Source: Alkalispirochaeta sp. (GTDB lineage: Bacteria > Spirochaetota > Spirochaetia > DSM-27196 > Alkalispirochaetaceae). From it: a stretch of DNA of 64,000 nt. This document shows, one piece after another, positions 1 to 11,427 of the stretch. The stretch's first letter is position 1. Each line of letters opens with the position of its first letter. The notes beneath the pieces are model-generated. The model was not told the origin of the DNA. It saw only the letters and a program-made list of their open reading frames with translations, and ran no database searches. A program made the position numbers and the translations under genes. The stretch spans positions 64,001 through 128,000 of the forward strand of contig CBDESZ010000006.1 of NCBI GenBank assembly GCA_965242725.1. Direction: 5' to 3'.

Positions 1-526
1 TGTTTGAAATCGGCGGGGCGGCGGAACCTCCCTCCCGTGTCCAGACGTACTCCGTTACCGTGCGCATGGTATCCACGGATATTACACGGAGACGGGACGC
101 CGCCGCCCCCGCCACCCCCGAGGCTATGGCCCCGTGGAGATCGGAGAGGACGCCGTGGGACTCATTGGTCGAACGCGACCTTGCTAAAGCCGCCGAATGC
201 TCCTTTATAAGCTCGAGACAAACGTTCGCTTGCCCGATGTACCGGAAGGATCTGGTAAGGCGATGTTGAAGCGTCTGCTTTTCCAGTTTCTCCCTCACGA
301 TTTGGCGGTTGAGAATCGTGATGAGGGCTCCGGCAACGAGTAGGTCGATCGCGATGAGTAGAGACTGTGTCTGTGCGACCGATAGGCTGAGAATATGGCC
401 GTCCACAAGGTGTGGGACCAAAAGCGCCACGGCCAAAGCGCCGATCAGGGTTACTATTATGGCCGGCTTTGCCGCGGTGCGAATCCACTCCGCTCGTTTC
501 GTGTTCGGTCCGAGCGTTACGCTCAT
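1..526 (-). CDS. hypothetical membrane protein, runs off the left edge
   Basis: Translated by hand: ATG at 526 after GGGAG, MSVTLGPNTKRAEW..., two hydrophobic segments, no stop before base 1 (so absent from the ORF track). Confidence 0.6.
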   Translation of the reverse strand, partial: MSVTLGPNTKRAEWIRTAAKPAIIVTLIGALAVALLVPHLVDGHILSLSVAQTQSLLIAIDLLVAGALITILNRQIVREKLEKQTLQHRLTRSFRYIGQANVCLELIKEHSAALARSRSTNESHGVLSDLHGAIASGVAGAAASRLRVISVDTMRTVTEYVWTREGGSAAPPISN

Positions 527-550
527 TGTAAGCTGCTCCCGTCTGCATTC

Positions 551-859
551 CTACTTCCGCTTTTTCGCATCGACGTTGTCAGGAGTCGCGTCTCTCGCAT
601 GGGCATCCTGCGCATCGTTGCCCGTGGCACGGTGTCTGTGCATCCCCAGTAACATCGGCACATGGAGCGCTACGAAGAGAATGTAGAGCACGTTTCTACC
701 TTGGTCCGGCACTGAAATTCCAACTTTCGGAAGCAGGTAGACCGCAGTTAGCATGATGGCGCCAAACACCATCATGCCGGTATGCGAGGTAATCGCAGCT
801 ACACCTCGGCTCCAAAGACTCTCTTCTCGGGTTTCTGCGTGGCGGTCCGGTGCCGTCAT
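551..859 (-). CDS. small membrane protein (DUF2933-like) coupled to the copper ATPase
   Basis: Two TM segments then [11 protein letters not shown]; start overlaps the ATPase stop. Confidence 0.6.
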   Translation of the reverse strand: MTAPDRHAETREESLWSRGVAAITSHTGMMVFGAIMLTAVYLLPKVGISVPDQGRNVLYILFVALHVPMLLGMHRHRATGNDAQDAHARDATPDNVDAKKRK

Positions 860-3207
860 GCCGCAGCTCCTTCGGTTTTCGCTCCTGCGGTGGAAAGATC
901 TTCCGAGGGTGCGGTGAACTTGACCTTTGCTCTTCGTAGGAGATTGGCGTTCGTAACCACGTTGATCGAGCTGAACGCCATTGCCGCTTCCGCGATAACC
1001 GGGTGTAGCAGTCCGAGCACCGCCACAGGAATAGCCACGGTGTTATAGAAGTACGCCCAGAAGAGATTTTGCTTGATCTTCCTAAAGGTCGCCTTGGAAA
1101 GCCGAATCGCGGTAACCACCCCGGAAAGCTCGCCGCTCACAAGGGTAACGTCGGACGCCTCAATTGCAATGTCCGTTCCCGTGCCGATCGCGATTCCTAC
1201 GTTGGACTGTGTAAGGGCGGGGGCATCGTTGATACCGTCCCCGACCATCGCGACGCTGCCGACCTTCTCCTGCAACCGCTTGATCTCGTCCACTTTGCCA
1301 TCCGGGAGCACCTCCGCGAGTACCCGGGAAATCCCAACCTTTCGGGCGATTGCCGAGACGGTTTTCTCGTTGTCTCCGGAAATCACCGCCGTCTCGATAC
1401 CCATCCGCTCAAGCTCGTGAATCGCCGCGACCGAATCCGGCTTCAATGTGTCCGCTACCGCCACGGTTCCGAGAATGGTCCCGCCATAGGCTACAAGCAT
1501 TGCGGTCTTTGCCTCGTCCTCCAGACGATTCATTGTGTCCGCGGCGGACTCGATAACGACTCCGGCTTCTCCCATAAGCTTCCTGCTACCGACAAGGATT
1601 TCTTTCCCCTCGACGACCGCACGAACTCCCTTGCCTCGCACCGCCTTGAACTCCTGGGGCTGGGCAATCTCAATTCCCTCCTCTTTGGCGAGCTTGACGA
1701 ACGCCTGCCCCAGCGGATGCTCGGAGCCGGACTCCGCGGAGGCGACCAGACGCAAGAGTTCTCGTCGATCGATTTCGGTAAAGGCGATAAGGTCGGTAAC
1801 CTCGGGCTTTCCCTTGGTGATGGTTCCGGTCTTGTCGAATACGACGGTGTGAATGTCCTTGAGTCCCTGAATTGCCTCGCCCCGACGAATCAGGATTCCA
1901 TTTTCGGCGCCGATACCGCTACCGACCATGAGAGCGGTCGGAGTAGCGAGGCCGAGGGCGCAGGGGCACGCGATCACCAACACCGCCACGGCGGCAAAGA
2001 TGGCCAGGGTGACCGTTCCGACGCTCGGATCTACCCAGGGCAGAAATGTAGATGCCCACTCGGTAATCGGCAACAGAGTTTCGGGGAAGACCATCCATAC
2101 GAGAACCGTAAACGCCGCCACAGCCAGTACGACAGGTACGAAGTAGGAGGTTACGCGGTCCGCAAATTCTTGGATCGGAACCTTTGACCCCTGGCACTCC
2201 TGTACCATTCGTATAACTTGAGAAAGAAAGGTATCCTTGCCTACCTTTGTCGCCCGAACCTTCAGTAGCCCTTCCTGGTTCACCGTGGCGCCGATCACCT
2301 CGTCTCCATTCCCCTTGTTCACCGGCATCGATTCACCAGTAGCCATGGACTCGTCTAAAGAGCTCTCGCCTTCGACTATTATCCCGTCGGTTGGAATCTT
2401 TTCTCCGGGGCGCACTACCATCACATGGTCTATTTGGACCTGTTCAATCGGAATCTCCCGTTCCTCGCCATCTTCGATTACGCGAGCCGTCTTAGCGCCA
2501 AGTTCCAAGAGCCGCTTAATGGCCTGAGACGCTCTTCCGCGGGCTGCGGTCTCCACGTATCGCCCGGTTAGATGAAACGCCATTATCATGGCGGCGACTC
2601 CCGCATAGTTGGCCACGGGGAGGAAGAAGGCGGCGGGGCCTGTCGCCAGGGAGACGACCGTACCCATCGCAATAAGTACGTCCATATTCGCGCTGCCGTG
2701 TGAGACCGCCTTAAATGCCGAACGCAGGGTGCTCCAGCCGACGCCGAACATCACCGGTAGGGCTAAGGCGATCATTCCAAGATCGAAAATCGCCTGGGTC
2801 GGCCAGACGATGCCTGCGAACATTTCAAAGGACATCCATACGATGATGGGCAGGGTGAACGCCCAGGCGGTCACCATTTTGCGACGGGCTGCCGACATCC
2901 GCTTCTCGTCCTCGTCGACTTTCCCGTCTTCACCGGTCGCATCCGGCTTTTCGCCGACCGCATAGCCGACGGCTTCCACCGCCGCCTTGAATTGCGATAC
3001 CCCAACGACCGACGGATCATAATGAAGCGTGGCCTGTTCGGCAGCAAAGTTGACCCCCGCCGAGCTTACGCCGGGAACCTTACCTAACGCTTTTTCAATT
3101 GTCTGTGCGCAGGATGCACAACTCATCCCTTCCAAAGGAAGGACCGCCGTTTCCAGACGAACGCTCTGAGTATCGGTACTATCTATGCGTGCTTTGGTAG
3201 CTTCCAT
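856..3207 (-). CDS. copA: Cu(I)-translocating P1B-1 ATPase
   Basis: GMSCASC HMA domain, [29 protein letters not shown] motif. Confidence 0.95.
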   Translation of the reverse strand: MEATKARIDSTDTQSVRLETAVLPLEGMSCASCAQTIEKALGKVPGVSSAGVNFAAEQATLHYDPSVVGVSQFKAAVEAVGYAVGEKPDATGEDGKVDEDEKRMSAARRKMVTAWAFTLPIIVWMSFEMFAGIVWPTQAIFDLGMIALALPVMFGVGWSTLRSAFKAVSHGSANMDVLIAMGTVVSLATGPAAFFLPVANYAGVAAMIMAFHLTGRYVETAARGRASQAIKRLLELGAKTARVIEDGEEREIPIEQVQIDHVMVVRPGEKIPTDGIIVEGESSLDESMATGESMPVNKGNGDEVIGATVNQEGLLKVRATKVGKDTFLSQVIRMVQECQGSKVPIQEFADRVTSYFVPVVLAVAAFTVLVWMVFPETLLPITEWASTFLPWVDPSVGTVTLAIFAAVAVLVIACPCALGLATPTALMVGSGIGAENGILIRRGEAIQGLKDIHTVVFDKTGTITKGKPEVTDLIAFTEIDRRELLRLVASAESGSEHPLGQAFVKLAKEEGIEIAQPQEFKAVRGKGVRAVVEGKEILVGSRKLMGEAGVVIESAADTMNRLEDEAKTAMLVAYGGTILGTVAVADTLKPDSVAAIHELERMGIETAVISGDNEKTVSAIARKVGISRVLAEVLPDGKVDEIKRLQEKVGSVAMVGDGINDAPALTQSNVGIAIGTGTDIAIEASDVTLVSGELSGVVTAIRLSKATFRKIKQNLFWAYFYNTVAIPVAVLGLLHPVIAEAAMAFSSINVVTNANLLRRAKVKFTAPSEDLSTAGAKTEGAAA

Positions 3208-3230
3208 AGAGAACTCCTTCTTAATCGAGT

Positions 3231-3247
3231 ATACCCTACCAGGGTAT
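3231..3247. promoter_or_regulatory. CsoR-type operator upstream of copA
   Basis: ATACCCTACCAGGGTAT, an ATAC-C tract/G tract-GTAT pseudo-palindrome. Confidence 0.8.
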
Positions 3248-3386
3248 TGTATAGCGTCGGATTAGTTGGCGGGAGTGTCAACCCCTTTTTGTTTTTTATG
3301 TCAACTTTATGTTTGAGGACGATAGTGGCCCGCGTTCTTTTTGCTCCGAGGAATGCATGGAGATCTATCGGTGCACATGATTAATC

Positions 3387-3424
3387 GTCACCTACTCGTA
3401 ATACAACCGTCACTCTGCGGTCAC
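3387..3424 (+). promoter_or_regulatory. 4 x 11-bp phased direct-repeat box (OmpR/PhoB-family type)
   Basis: GTCAC 3387, GTAAT 3398, GTCAC 3409, GTCAC 3420. Confidence 0.7.
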
Positions 3425-3503
3425 CTTGAGCTGCTACATTCTCAATCGTTGACGGCGAGACCGGAAGGCCGCCGCGACAAATACTAAATCTGGAGGACGA
3501 TTT

Positions 3504-4040
3504 ATGAATAATCGGACGCTTTTAGTCGCCGTATTGCTGACGGCAGTTGTATTTGGAGCCTTCGCACAAGTCGACGGGCACAATCGGAGTGTCGAAGACG
3601 TGGAGGCGGAAATTCGGACCACCCTGGGCTTGAGTAGCGAGGAGAGAATCAATCCGGACGCGGTTCCCGAGGAACTGCTCATCGTCCTCGGTGACGCGGT
3701 AATGGGAGCCTATGTAGGTGACCCTGAGCGGCACGAATGGATGGACGAGATGATGGGAGGCGAAGGTTCGAGCTCTCTGGATGCCGCACATCGGTGGATG
3801 GCGTATCGGTATTTAACCGGCGGATATGCCACGGCGGGAGGAATGGGATACGGCATGATGGGCGGTGGAATGATGGGTACCGCCGGCATGATGGGCGGCG
3901 GTTGGGGCCTCATGGGCAACCCCGACATGATGTACGAGGGGATTCCGTACGGTTCACCGGAAGAGGTGCTCAAACGCCGCTATGCGGCCGGGGAGATTTC
4001 GCGTCGGGAATTCCGGCGAATGCTTCGCGAGATCGAATAG
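3504..4040 (+). CDS. exported Met/Gly-rich protein with C-terminal SHOCT domain
   Basis: Signal peptide, HEWMDEMMGGEGS motif, GMMGG runs, LKRRYAAGEISRREF. Confidence 0.8.
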   Translation: MNNRTLLVAVLLTAVVFGAFAQVDGHNRSVEDVEAEIRTTLGLSSEERINPDAVPEELLIVLGDAVMGAYVGDPERHEWMDEMMGGEGSSSLDAAHRWMAYRYLTGGYATAGGMGYGMMGGGMMGTAGMMGGGWGLMGNPDMMYEGIPYGSPEEVLKRRYAAGEISRREFRRMLREIE

Positions 4041-4064
4041 ATCGCGATTTGTTATCGTGATGGT

Positions 4065-4096
4065 GGGCGAAGCAGGTTTTACATCCTGCTTCGCCT
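4065..4096. terminator. stem-loop between convergent genes
   Basis: GGCGAAGCAGG...CCTGCTTCGCC. Confidence 0.6.
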
Positions 4097-4127
4097 CGTC
4101 TAACAATACCTAATAATATGGGACACG

Positions 4128-4478
4128 TTATCTGCCGGTAAACTCGCGAAACTCGTACACTATGACGCCGTTGTCGCTTACCTCAATTCCCACGCGTGTG
4201 CCATCCACGAGGCGTTCCAACGACTGTTCGGCAATCTGCGCGCTAACTCCGATTTCTACTATTAGATCCGACACGGTAATTCTGCCACCGAGACGGCGGG
4301 CAATCCGATATACCTCCGCCTCCCGCGGTAGATCTTCCGGGTACATGCCCCTTCCACGTCGAGTCGCCCGACGTCTGAGCCTTGGCTCTAACTCGTCACG
4401 TAACCCGATTACAATCAACGGTAGCACAAAGAGAAAGAGCCACAAGCCACCACCCATTCCATGCATAATACTCGACAC
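4128..4478 (-). CDS. hypothetical membrane-anchored protein
   Basis: GAGG RBS, one TM, HTH-like tail; CsoR-like box at 4499-4515. Confidence 0.6.
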   Translation of the reverse strand: MSSIMHGMGGGLWLFLFVLPLIVIGLRDELEPRLRRRATRRGRGMYPEDLPREAEVYRIARRLGGRITVSDLIVEIGVSAQIAEQSLERLVDGTRVGIEVSDNGVIVYEFREFTGR

Positions 4479-4600
4479 CTCAATACAACGCTTATACTAT
4501 GCCCCGGAAGGGTATAGCAAGAGGTTGGATGAAAAGCACACACGCTGAAGACGAGAGACCCGCCGATTTTCCGGGAAATAATACACACTTGGCTTTGCAT

Positions 4601-4628
4601 TATATACCATACAGGAGTATGGTATATA
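4601..4628. promoter_or_regulatory. palindromic operator (CsoR-like) upstream of pflB
   Basis: TATATACCATAC-AGGA-GTATGGTATATA, perfect 12-bp arms. Confidence 0.7.
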
Positions 4629-4671
4629 AATATATTGAAGTACATAGACAGCAGGTACACAGGAGGTTTTT

Positions 4672-6945
4672 ATGAGTACTGTTGATATACATACCGACGA
4701 CGCAAATGGACGGGAAAAGCGGGATCCGTGGCGCGGATTCAGTTTCGGAAGATGGAGACGGGAAATAGACATTCGTGGGTTCATTCAGGAGAACTATTCC
4801 CCTTACGACGGAGATGAGTCTTTTCTATCCGAACCCACATCGGATACTCAAATACTTTGGGAGCAGGTACAGGAGCTTCTCTCGCAGGAACGAGAACGAG
4901 GTGGGACACTCGACGTTGATGTACACACGGTATCATCGATTACAGCTCATGCTCCGGGATATATCGACCGGGAACGAGAGAAGGTCGTAGGGTTACAAAC
5001 CGACGCGCCGCTTCGACGAGCCATAATGCCGTTCGGGGGAATACGGGTTGTAGAAAAAGCCGCCGAATCATACGGTTACCAGCTCCCCGTAAGGATTACA
5101 GCCATCTTCACCGACTATCGAAAGACACACAACGACGGTGTCTTCGATGCCTACACCCCTCAAATGAAGGAAGCCCGACGTTCGGGTATCATTACCGGCT
5201 TGCCGGACGCCTACGGTCGGGGTCGAATTATCGGTGACTATCGAAGAGTAGCCCTTTACGGCGTGGACCGACTTATCGCCGAAAAGCGGCATGAACTATC
5301 GATGACCGAGTCGAGGATGACTGAAACGACGATTCGGCTCCGCGAGGAACTTTCAGAGCAGATCGAGGCTCTGGAGGAACTCACGGAAATGGGGATCAGT
5401 TACGGCTTCGATTTAAGCCGGCCGGCAGCAGACGCCTTTGAGGCGGTTCAATGGACCTATTTCGCCTATCTTGCGGCCATTAAAGAACAAGACGGCGCGG
5501 CCATGAGTCTGGGGCGAGTCTCGACCTTCCTGGACACCTATTTCCAGCGAGACATCGCCGAGGGAAAGCTCGAAGAGGCGGGTGCTCAGGAACTCATCGA
5601 CCAATTGGTGATGAAGTTGCGCCTCGTCCGGTTCTTACGCACTCCTGAGTATAATGAGCTCTTCTCGGGTGACCCGACATGGGTGACCGAGGCGATCGGC
5701 GGGGTCGGAGAGGACGGTCGCCCCATGGTGACCCGCAGCAGTTTTCGGTTCTTGCACACCCTGACCAACCTGGGGCCGGCTCCGGAACCTAACCTAACGG
5801 TTCTCTGGTCCCAACGACTTCCCAAAGCGTTTAAAGAGTACTGTGCGAGAGTCTCGATTATGACAAGCGCTATTCAGTACGAGAACGACGACCTTATGCG
5901 GCCCTACTGGGGAGACGATTACGGAATCGCCTGCTGCGTGTCGGCAATGAGAATCGGCAAGCAGATGCAGTTCTTTGGTGCGCGGTGCAATTTGGCGAAG
6001 GCGCTCTTGTACGCCATTAACGGGGGACGTGACGAGATCACCGGTAAACAGGTTGGTCCACCGCTGGCCGCTATCGACGACGACGTTCTGGAATACCAAT
6101 TAGTGATGGAACGGTACGATTACATTCTGGATTGGGTGGCAGGCTTGTACGCGGATACGCTCAACGTCATACATTACATGCACGATCGTTATGCATATGA
6201 GAAAGTGCAAATGGCGCTCCACGACCGCGACGTATTACGCACTATGGCGTACGGCATAGCCGGACTATCGGTCGCGACCGATGCGCTCTCGGCCATTCGT
6301 TTTGCCACGGTGAAACCGATTCGCGATGACAGGGGACTGGCTACGGATTTTGTCATCGAAGGTACATTTCCGACCTTTGGGAATGACGACGACCGAGTTG
6401 ATGATATCGCGGTAGATCTTGTACAACGGTTTATGAAGAAGCTATCGAGTAAGGAATGCTATCGGCACGCACTTCCAACACAATCGATCCTCACCATCAC
6501 CTCCAATGTCGTTTACGGAAAAAAAACTGGGGCAACACCGGATGGACGGAAAAAGGGAGATCCCTTTGCGCCTGGTGCCAATCCGATGCACGGCCGGGAC
6601 ACCCGAGGGGCCTTAGCTTCCATTACCTCCGTGGCCAAGCTGCCTTACGAGTATGCCCAGGACGGAATATCCTACACATTCTCGGTGGAGCCTCATACTC
6701 TTGGATTTGACACGACCGCACAGGTAATGAACTTGGTGGCGGTGTTGGACGGGTACTTCGAGCGGAAGGGACACCATATCAATGTTAACGTACTGCAACG
6801 GGAGACGCTGATTGATGCTATGGACCACCCGGAAAAGTATCCGCAGCTTACAATTCGTGTATCAGGATACGCCGTCAATTTTATTAAGCTTACGAAAGAA
6901 CAGCAACTGGACGTCATACACAGGACATTCCATGAGCGTGTTTAG
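4672..6945 (+). CDS. pflB: pyruvate formate-lyase
   Basis: IACCVS catalytic cysteines, RVSGY glycyl-radical motif. Confidence 0.97.
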   Translation: MSTVDIHTDDANGREKRDPWRGFSFGRWRREIDIRGFIQENYSPYDGDESFLSEPTSDTQILWEQVQELLSQERERGGTLDVDVHTVSSITAHAPGYIDREREKVVGLQTDAPLRRAIMPFGGIRVVEKAAESYGYQLPVRITAIFTDYRKTHNDGVFDAYTPQMKEARRSGIITGLPDAYGRGRIIGDYRRVALYGVDRLIAEKRHELSMTESRMTETTIRLREELSEQIEALEELTEMGISYGFDLSRPAADAFEAVQWTYFAYLAAIKEQDGAAMSLGRVSTFLDTYFQRDIAEGKLEEAGAQELIDQLVMKLRLVRFLRTPEYNELFSGDPTWVTEAIGGVGEDGRPMVTRSSFRFLHTLTNLGPAPEPNLTVLWSQRLPKAFKEYCARVSIMTSAIQYENDDLMRPYWGDDYGIACCVSAMRIGKQMQFFGARCNLAKALLYAINGGRDEITGKQVGPPLAAIDDDVLEYQLVMERYDYILDWVAGLYADTLNVIHYMHDRYAYEKVQMALHDRDVLRTMAYGIAGLSVATDALSAIRFATVKPIRDDRGLATDFVIEGTFPTFGNDDDRVDDIAVDLVQRFMKKLSSKECYRHALPTQSILTITSNVVYGKKTGATPDGRKKGDPFAPGANPMHGRDTRGALASITSVAKLPYEYAQDGISYTFSVEPHTLGFDTTAQVMNLVAVLDGYFERKGHHINVNVLQRETLIDAMDHPEKYPQLTIRVSGYAVNFIKLTKEQQLDVIHRTFHERV

Positions 6946-7774
6946 ACCGATACCTGCCACGAGAGACGGTACGTCATCGCCGGTGGGGTCCCGGCGGGAG
7001 AGGAATAGCCGAGACGGCACTGTCAGAGGCGGGGAGCTTACCGGAAACCTCCATTCCGTTGAAACCTTCGGTACGCTGGATGGCCCGGGAATTCGTTTTG
7101 TCATGTTTTTTCAGGGGTGTCATTTGCGCTGTCTTTACTGTCAGAATCGCGACACTTGGGAAGTGGGCGACGGCCGGTCGGTAACCATTGACCAGATGAT
7201 GGAGGAAATCCGGGCGGTCCGCAGCTTCCTCGATCGTTCCGGGGGTGGTATTACCGCCTCCGGCGGAGATCCTATCCTGCAGGCGCGGTTTGTCGGAGCG
7301 CTCTTTGAGGCCGCGAAGAGGGAGGGAATTAATACAGCCCTCGACACGTCGGGTCTTACGGTAATAACCCCAGCCGTCGAGCGATTGATTGAGGTGACGG
7401 ATCTGATATTGCTCGATATTAAGCATGTCGACGACAAGAGGCATCGAGAACTGACGGGCCGGCCGAACCGGCTGGTCCTGGAGTTTGCGCGGTGGCTCGA
7501 TAAACTTGGGAAGCGGACATGGATACGACACGTCGTGGTGCCGGGTTTTACGACCGACGCCACCTCGGCGCAGATGACGGGGGAGTTTCTCTCCAACCTC
7601 TCGAATCTGGAGCGTGTCGAGCTACTTCGATACCACGAAATGGGTAAGCACAAATGGATATCCCTCGGAAAACGATATCCGTTGGAAGGTACCCCGGTTC
7701 CAAGTCGAGCACAACTGGAGTATGTCCAGGCGATATTCGCGCGCTATGGCGTGGCGGCGGCGATTTCCGGATAG
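6932..7774 (+). CDS. pflA: PFL activating enzyme (radical SAM)
   Basis: [20 protein letters not shown]; start trimmed to ATG 6932. Confidence 0.93.
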   Translation: MSVFRPIPATRDGTSSPVGSRRERNSRDGTVRGGELTGNLHSVETFGTLDGPGIRFVMFFQGCHLRCLYCQNRDTWEVGDGRSVTIDQMMEEIRAVRSFLDRSGGGITASGGDPILQARFVGALFEAAKREGINTALDTSGLTVITPAVERLIEVTDLILLDIKHVDDKRHRELTGRPNRLVLEFARWLDKLGKRTWIRHVVVPGFTTDATSAQMTGEFLSNLSNLERVELLRYHEMGKHKWISLGKRYPLEGTPVPSRAQLEYVQAIFARYGVAAAISG

Positions 7775-7782
7775 CGGCGGCG

Positions 7783-8685
7783 CTACGCCGGGAAGACTCC
7801 GGTGGACACGTAGCGGTCTCCGCGGTCGCAGATAATCGTGACCAAGACCGCGTCTTGCACCCCTTCCGCGTCCAAATCCCGAGCTACGTCCAGCGCCACG
7901 GCAACGTTTCCCCCGGAGGAGATTCCGGCGAAAATACCCTCTTCCCTCGCCAGTGCGTGCATCGTCTCTACGGCCCGCTCGCGCGACACTTCGCGGCGAT
8001 CATCGATACGGGATTCGTCGTAGATCGCCGGTAGATATGCCTCAGGCCACGCTCGAATCCCCGGGATTCCGCCGTGGCCGTCGGGTAGGGCTCCCACGAT
8101 CCGTACCGCCGGGTTCCGCTCCTTGAGATACCGCGATACCCCCATCAGGGTTCCGGTTGTACCGGTGGAGGCAACAAAATGGGTAACCCGGCCGTCGGTG
8201 TCCTTCCACACCTCGGGCCCGGTGGTCCGGTAGTGGGCCTCTGGATTGTCCGGGTTGGAGAACTGATCTAGAATCACGCCCTTTCCGGCGGCTTCCAATT
8301 CTCGTGCCAGGTCGATCGCCCCCTCCATGCTCTTGTCCTTTGGTGTCAGTACCACCGTAGCGCCGTAGGCCTTCATGAGTGCTCTTCGTTCCGCGCTCAT
8401 GTGTTCCGGCATGATCAACACCATCCGATAGCCTTTGATCGCCGCCACCATCGCCAGTGCAATGCCGGTGTTGCCACTGGTCGGTTCAATGAGGGTATCA
8501 CCCGGGCGGATTCGGCCTTGTTCCTCGGCCGCCACGACCATTTGGTAAGCCGGTCGGTCTTTGACCGAACCGGCGGGATTGTCACCCTCCATCTTACACA
8601 GTATCAGATTGGGACCGGTATATATGCGCTGCAGCCGTACCAGCGGTGTATTGCCGATGCACTCTTCGATCGTTTGTACGTTCAT
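7783..8685 (-). CDS. cysM: cysteine synthase B
   Basis: NPAGSVKDR, EPTSGNTGI, IPGIRAWP, CDRGDRY; start at MNVQTIEE. Confidence 0.9.
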   Translation of the reverse strand: MNVQTIEECIGNTPLVRLQRIYTGPNLILCKMEGDNPAGSVKDRPAYQMVVAAEEQGRIRPGDTLIEPTSGNTGIALAMVAAIKGYRMVLIMPEHMSAERRALMKAYGATVVLTPKDKSMEGAIDLARELEAAGKGVILDQFSNPDNPEAHYRTTGPEVWKDTDGRVTHFVASTGTTGTLMGVSRYLKERNPAVRIVGALPDGHGGIPGIRAWPEAYLPAIYDESRIDDRREVSRERAVETMHALAREEGIFAGISSGGNVAVALDVARDLDAEGVQDAVLVTIICDRGDRYVSTGVFPA

Positions 8686-8742
8686 GCTCCAACTATAAGT
8701 TGAGTAGCTTGATTTGTGAACAGGACATTGGTAGGACACCGC

Positions 8743-9393
8743 ATGAAGATGACGGTGGAATTGCGGCGGTATAACGACGCGTCGTACTTCGTCGCTACCG
8801 ACGGCGATGGGAACGGTGTGTCAATCGACGGGTCTCCGGCCGTCGGGGGCCAGGGCCGCGTTTTAGGCGGCGCCATCCTCGGTCCACGGGAGATTATTGC
8901 CGACCTGCGCTTCTTCGCGCGTCAGACCGGTCCCGCGCTGTCGTCGTTCTATGCGTGGGTTCTCTCCAAGAGCCTGAAGACACTATCGATGCGATTGTAC
9001 CGACATTGTGAGAATGCCCACGCCGTGGCACGCTATCTCAGAAGTCACCACGCGGTGGAGCGCACGCGCTTTCCCTTCCTCGAGAGTCACCCGCAGTATG
9101 AGCTCGCCCGGCGACAGATGCGACACGGCGGCGGCCTTGTCACGATCGATATCGTCGGTGGGGAGGCGGCGGCGATGCGCTTCATCAACCGCTTGAAGGT
9201 GATCAGTCGCTCCGCGAACCTCGGAGATTCCCGATCGATCGCCACTCATCCCCGCACAACAACCCACTCAAAACTCGAGGAGGAGCAGCGACGGGTGCTG
9301 GGTATTCTTCCGGGTACGGTACGGCTTGCGATCGGGCTGGAGAACGGCGAGGACATCATCGCCGATATCGACCATGCCTTGGGGGAGGACTGA
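8743..9393 (+). pseudogene. in-frame deletion chimera: OsmC-family N-terminus fused to the C-terminal half of a MetZ/MetB-type PLP enzyme
   Basis: ...VSIDGSPAVGGQG then RVLGGAILG...SANLGD...HP.TTTHSKL...VRLAIGLE; PLP lysine region absent. Confidence 0.7.
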
Positions 9394-9397
9394 GACA

Positions 9398-9808
9398 ATG
9401 TTCACCCTCTCCGCAAAGGCGATCTACGGTCTCACTGCGGTCGTGGAATTGGCACATCAATACCGCTCCGGGCCGGTGCAAATCCGGGACATCGCCTCCC
9501 GCCACGAGATCCCCCGACACTACCTTGAACAGATCCTAAATACCCTCAAGCGCAGTGAGTTGGTACGGAGCCATCGAGGCGCCCACGGTGGTTACGAACT
9601 CACGGCCCACCCCGACTCCATTAGCCTGCGGGCGGTGCTCACGGAATTGGAAGGACCACTCGCAGTGGCCCATGTAGGACCGGCCGCTTCGCTCCAACCG
9701 TTGTGGGACGATCTGGCGGCGCACATAGACGGCTTTCTCGCGCAGTCGCTGGATGATGTGATGCGGCGCCGGATCACCGGGCAGGTCGACCAAGATTTCA
9801 TCATTTGA
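9398..9808 (+). CDS. Rrf2-family (CymR-like) regulator
   Basis: YLEQIL..LK...LVRSHRGAHGGY; no Fe-S cysteines. Confidence 0.85.
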   Translation: MFTLSAKAIYGLTAVVELAHQYRSGPVQIRDIASRHEIPRHYLEQILNTLKRSELVRSHRGAHGGYELTAHPDSISLRAVLTELEGPLAVAHVGPAASLQPLWDDLAAHIDGFLAQSLDDVMRRRITGQVDQDFII

Positions 9809-9909
9809 CATCGGGCGCAAGGTTGACATGTGGCCGGCGCCAAGCTAAAGGGCTCCGAGTGTGAAAAAAGTTCGTGAGACGGTGAAACTATCCGGGCAAA
9901 CACGTTGCG

Positions 9910-10683
9910 CTACATCGTCAGACCCAACAAAGTCAGTAATTCGGTTCTCGTCTTCGTGTAGTCGGCGCTACTGCGGTCTCGCGGCCTGGACATCGCAATC
10001 GATAGGTCCGCCTTGAGGTGTGCGGGACGGGATGAGAGGACCATAACGCGGTCGGCCAGTGACAGCGCCTCGTCGACATCGTGGGTGACCATCACGATGG
10101 TCCGTCCCGACCCTTTCCATATTCGGAGAAGCTCTTCGTGCATCTGCATCCGGGTCATTGCATCCAGGGACCCGTAAGGCTCGTCCATGAGAAGGATTGC
10201 CGGCTGCATGACGAGTGCGCGCGCGATGGCCGTACGTTGTCGCATTCCCCCTGATAGTTGATGGGGATAGTACTCCTCAAATCCGCAGAGCCCCACTTGC
10301 TCGAGGACCTCACGGACGAGGCGGTGTGCCTCGTCCGTGTCCGCGTGGCGGTACTCGAGCCCCAAGGAAATGTTTCGGCGAACGGTACGCCACGGAAGAA
10401 GTCCGTCCTGCTGGAACACCATCGTTCGCTCGTGCGGGCCGAGATGGTCTGCGTCTCTGCCGCGCACCAGTAAGCGCCCCCCGCTGGGCTGTGAAAGGCC
10501 GGCCAGCAGGGACAGAAGCGTGCTCTTGCCACATCCGGACGGACCGAGAACGGCGACAAACTCGCCATCGGGAACGCGGAAAGACAGTGGACCAAGAACC
10601 ACGAGTGACCCGTACATCTTGGTTACCCCGTCCACCTGAAGTGCGTCGACAACCACTCGCTCTGCGGAATTAATCATTTCCAA
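9910..10683 (-). CDS. ABC transporter ATPase (TauB/SsuB/NitT type)
   Basis: GPSGCGKST, LSGGMRQR, LMDEP. Confidence 0.9.
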   Translation of the reverse strand: MEMINSAERVVVDALQVDGVTKMYGSLVVLGPLSFRVPDGEFVAVLGPSGCGKSTLLSLLAGLSQPSGGRLLVRGRDADHLGPHERTMVFQQDGLLPWRTVRRNISLGLEYRHADTDEAHRLVREVLEQVGLCGFEEYYPHQLSGGMRQRTAIARALVMQPAILLMDEPYGSLDAMTRMQMHEELLRIWKGSGRTIVMVTHDVDEALSLADRVMVLSSRPAHLKADLSIAMSRPRDRSSADYTKTRTELLTLLGLTM

Positions 10684-11398
10684 CGTACCTCCATCGCAGC
10701 AGCCGGTGTTTTATCCACTCGAGTACAATTCGGTCGATGATAGCCGCAATAACACCGATAACTACGATGTGCGCGAGAGCGCCCGCCATATCGGCGATTT
10801 CCGCGGCAAAGGTGATAGACCATCCCAGACCAACGCCTACGCCCGCGACCATTTCCGAAGCCACAAGGGCGCGCCACGCGTTACCAAAGGCAATCTGCGT
10901 TCCGGTCACGGCGGCGGGAAACACCTCGGGAAGGTAAACTGTACGCAGAGTCTGTCGGCGTGAAGCCCCCAGAATCCGCGCAACTTTCAAATGGAGAGCG
11001 TCCACGTGTTCCGCGGCACTCATGACGCTTTGGATGAGGGGATAGAAGCTCGCCAGCGCGACGACAATGATGATAGGGGCATCGCCGAACCCTGTGAGTA
11101 TTACCAGAAGCGGTACCCAGGTTATCGGCGGTATCGATTGCAGTACTGAGACCAGGGCGCGTAGATAGCTACGAAGCGAGTTGGAGAGTCCGGAGGCAAG
11201 GCCCAGGCTTGTGCCCAAAATTATGGCAACGGCAAACCCGACGCCGATACGATAGAAACTCACCATGAGGGCCTCTGCAAACTCCCGCGTTCCGAGCACC
11301 GTGGCAAGCCGACGAGCGACCTCCGCCACTCCCGGAAGCAGGAACGAAGGAAAGAACGCAGCGGCCGTCTGCCACGTGACGAGAATCGTACCTGCCAC
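10670..11398 (-). CDS. ABC permease (TauC/SsuC type)
   Basis: IPPITWVP, WRALVASEM; start uncertain. Confidence 0.85.
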   Translation of the reverse strand: MAGTILVTWQTAAAFFPSFLLPGVAEVARRLATVLGTREFAEALMVSFYRIGVGFAVAIILGTSLGLASGLSNSLRSYLRALVSVLQSIPPITWVPLLVILTGFGDAPIIIVVALASFYPLIQSVMSAAEHVDALHLKVARILGASRRQTLRTVYLPEVFPAAVTGTQIAFGNAWRALVASEMVAGVGVGLGWSITFAAEIADMAGALAHIVVIGVIAAIIDRIVLEWIKHRLLRWRYVGND

Positions 11399-11427
11399 CG
11401 CAAGGTACGCGACGACTATCCGTCGCG

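Larger units (their letters stand above)
3385..4041 (+). repeat. direct repeat copy A (partner 12867-13523)
   Basis: Coding part near-identical at offset 9482; upstream part diverged. Confidence 0.95.
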
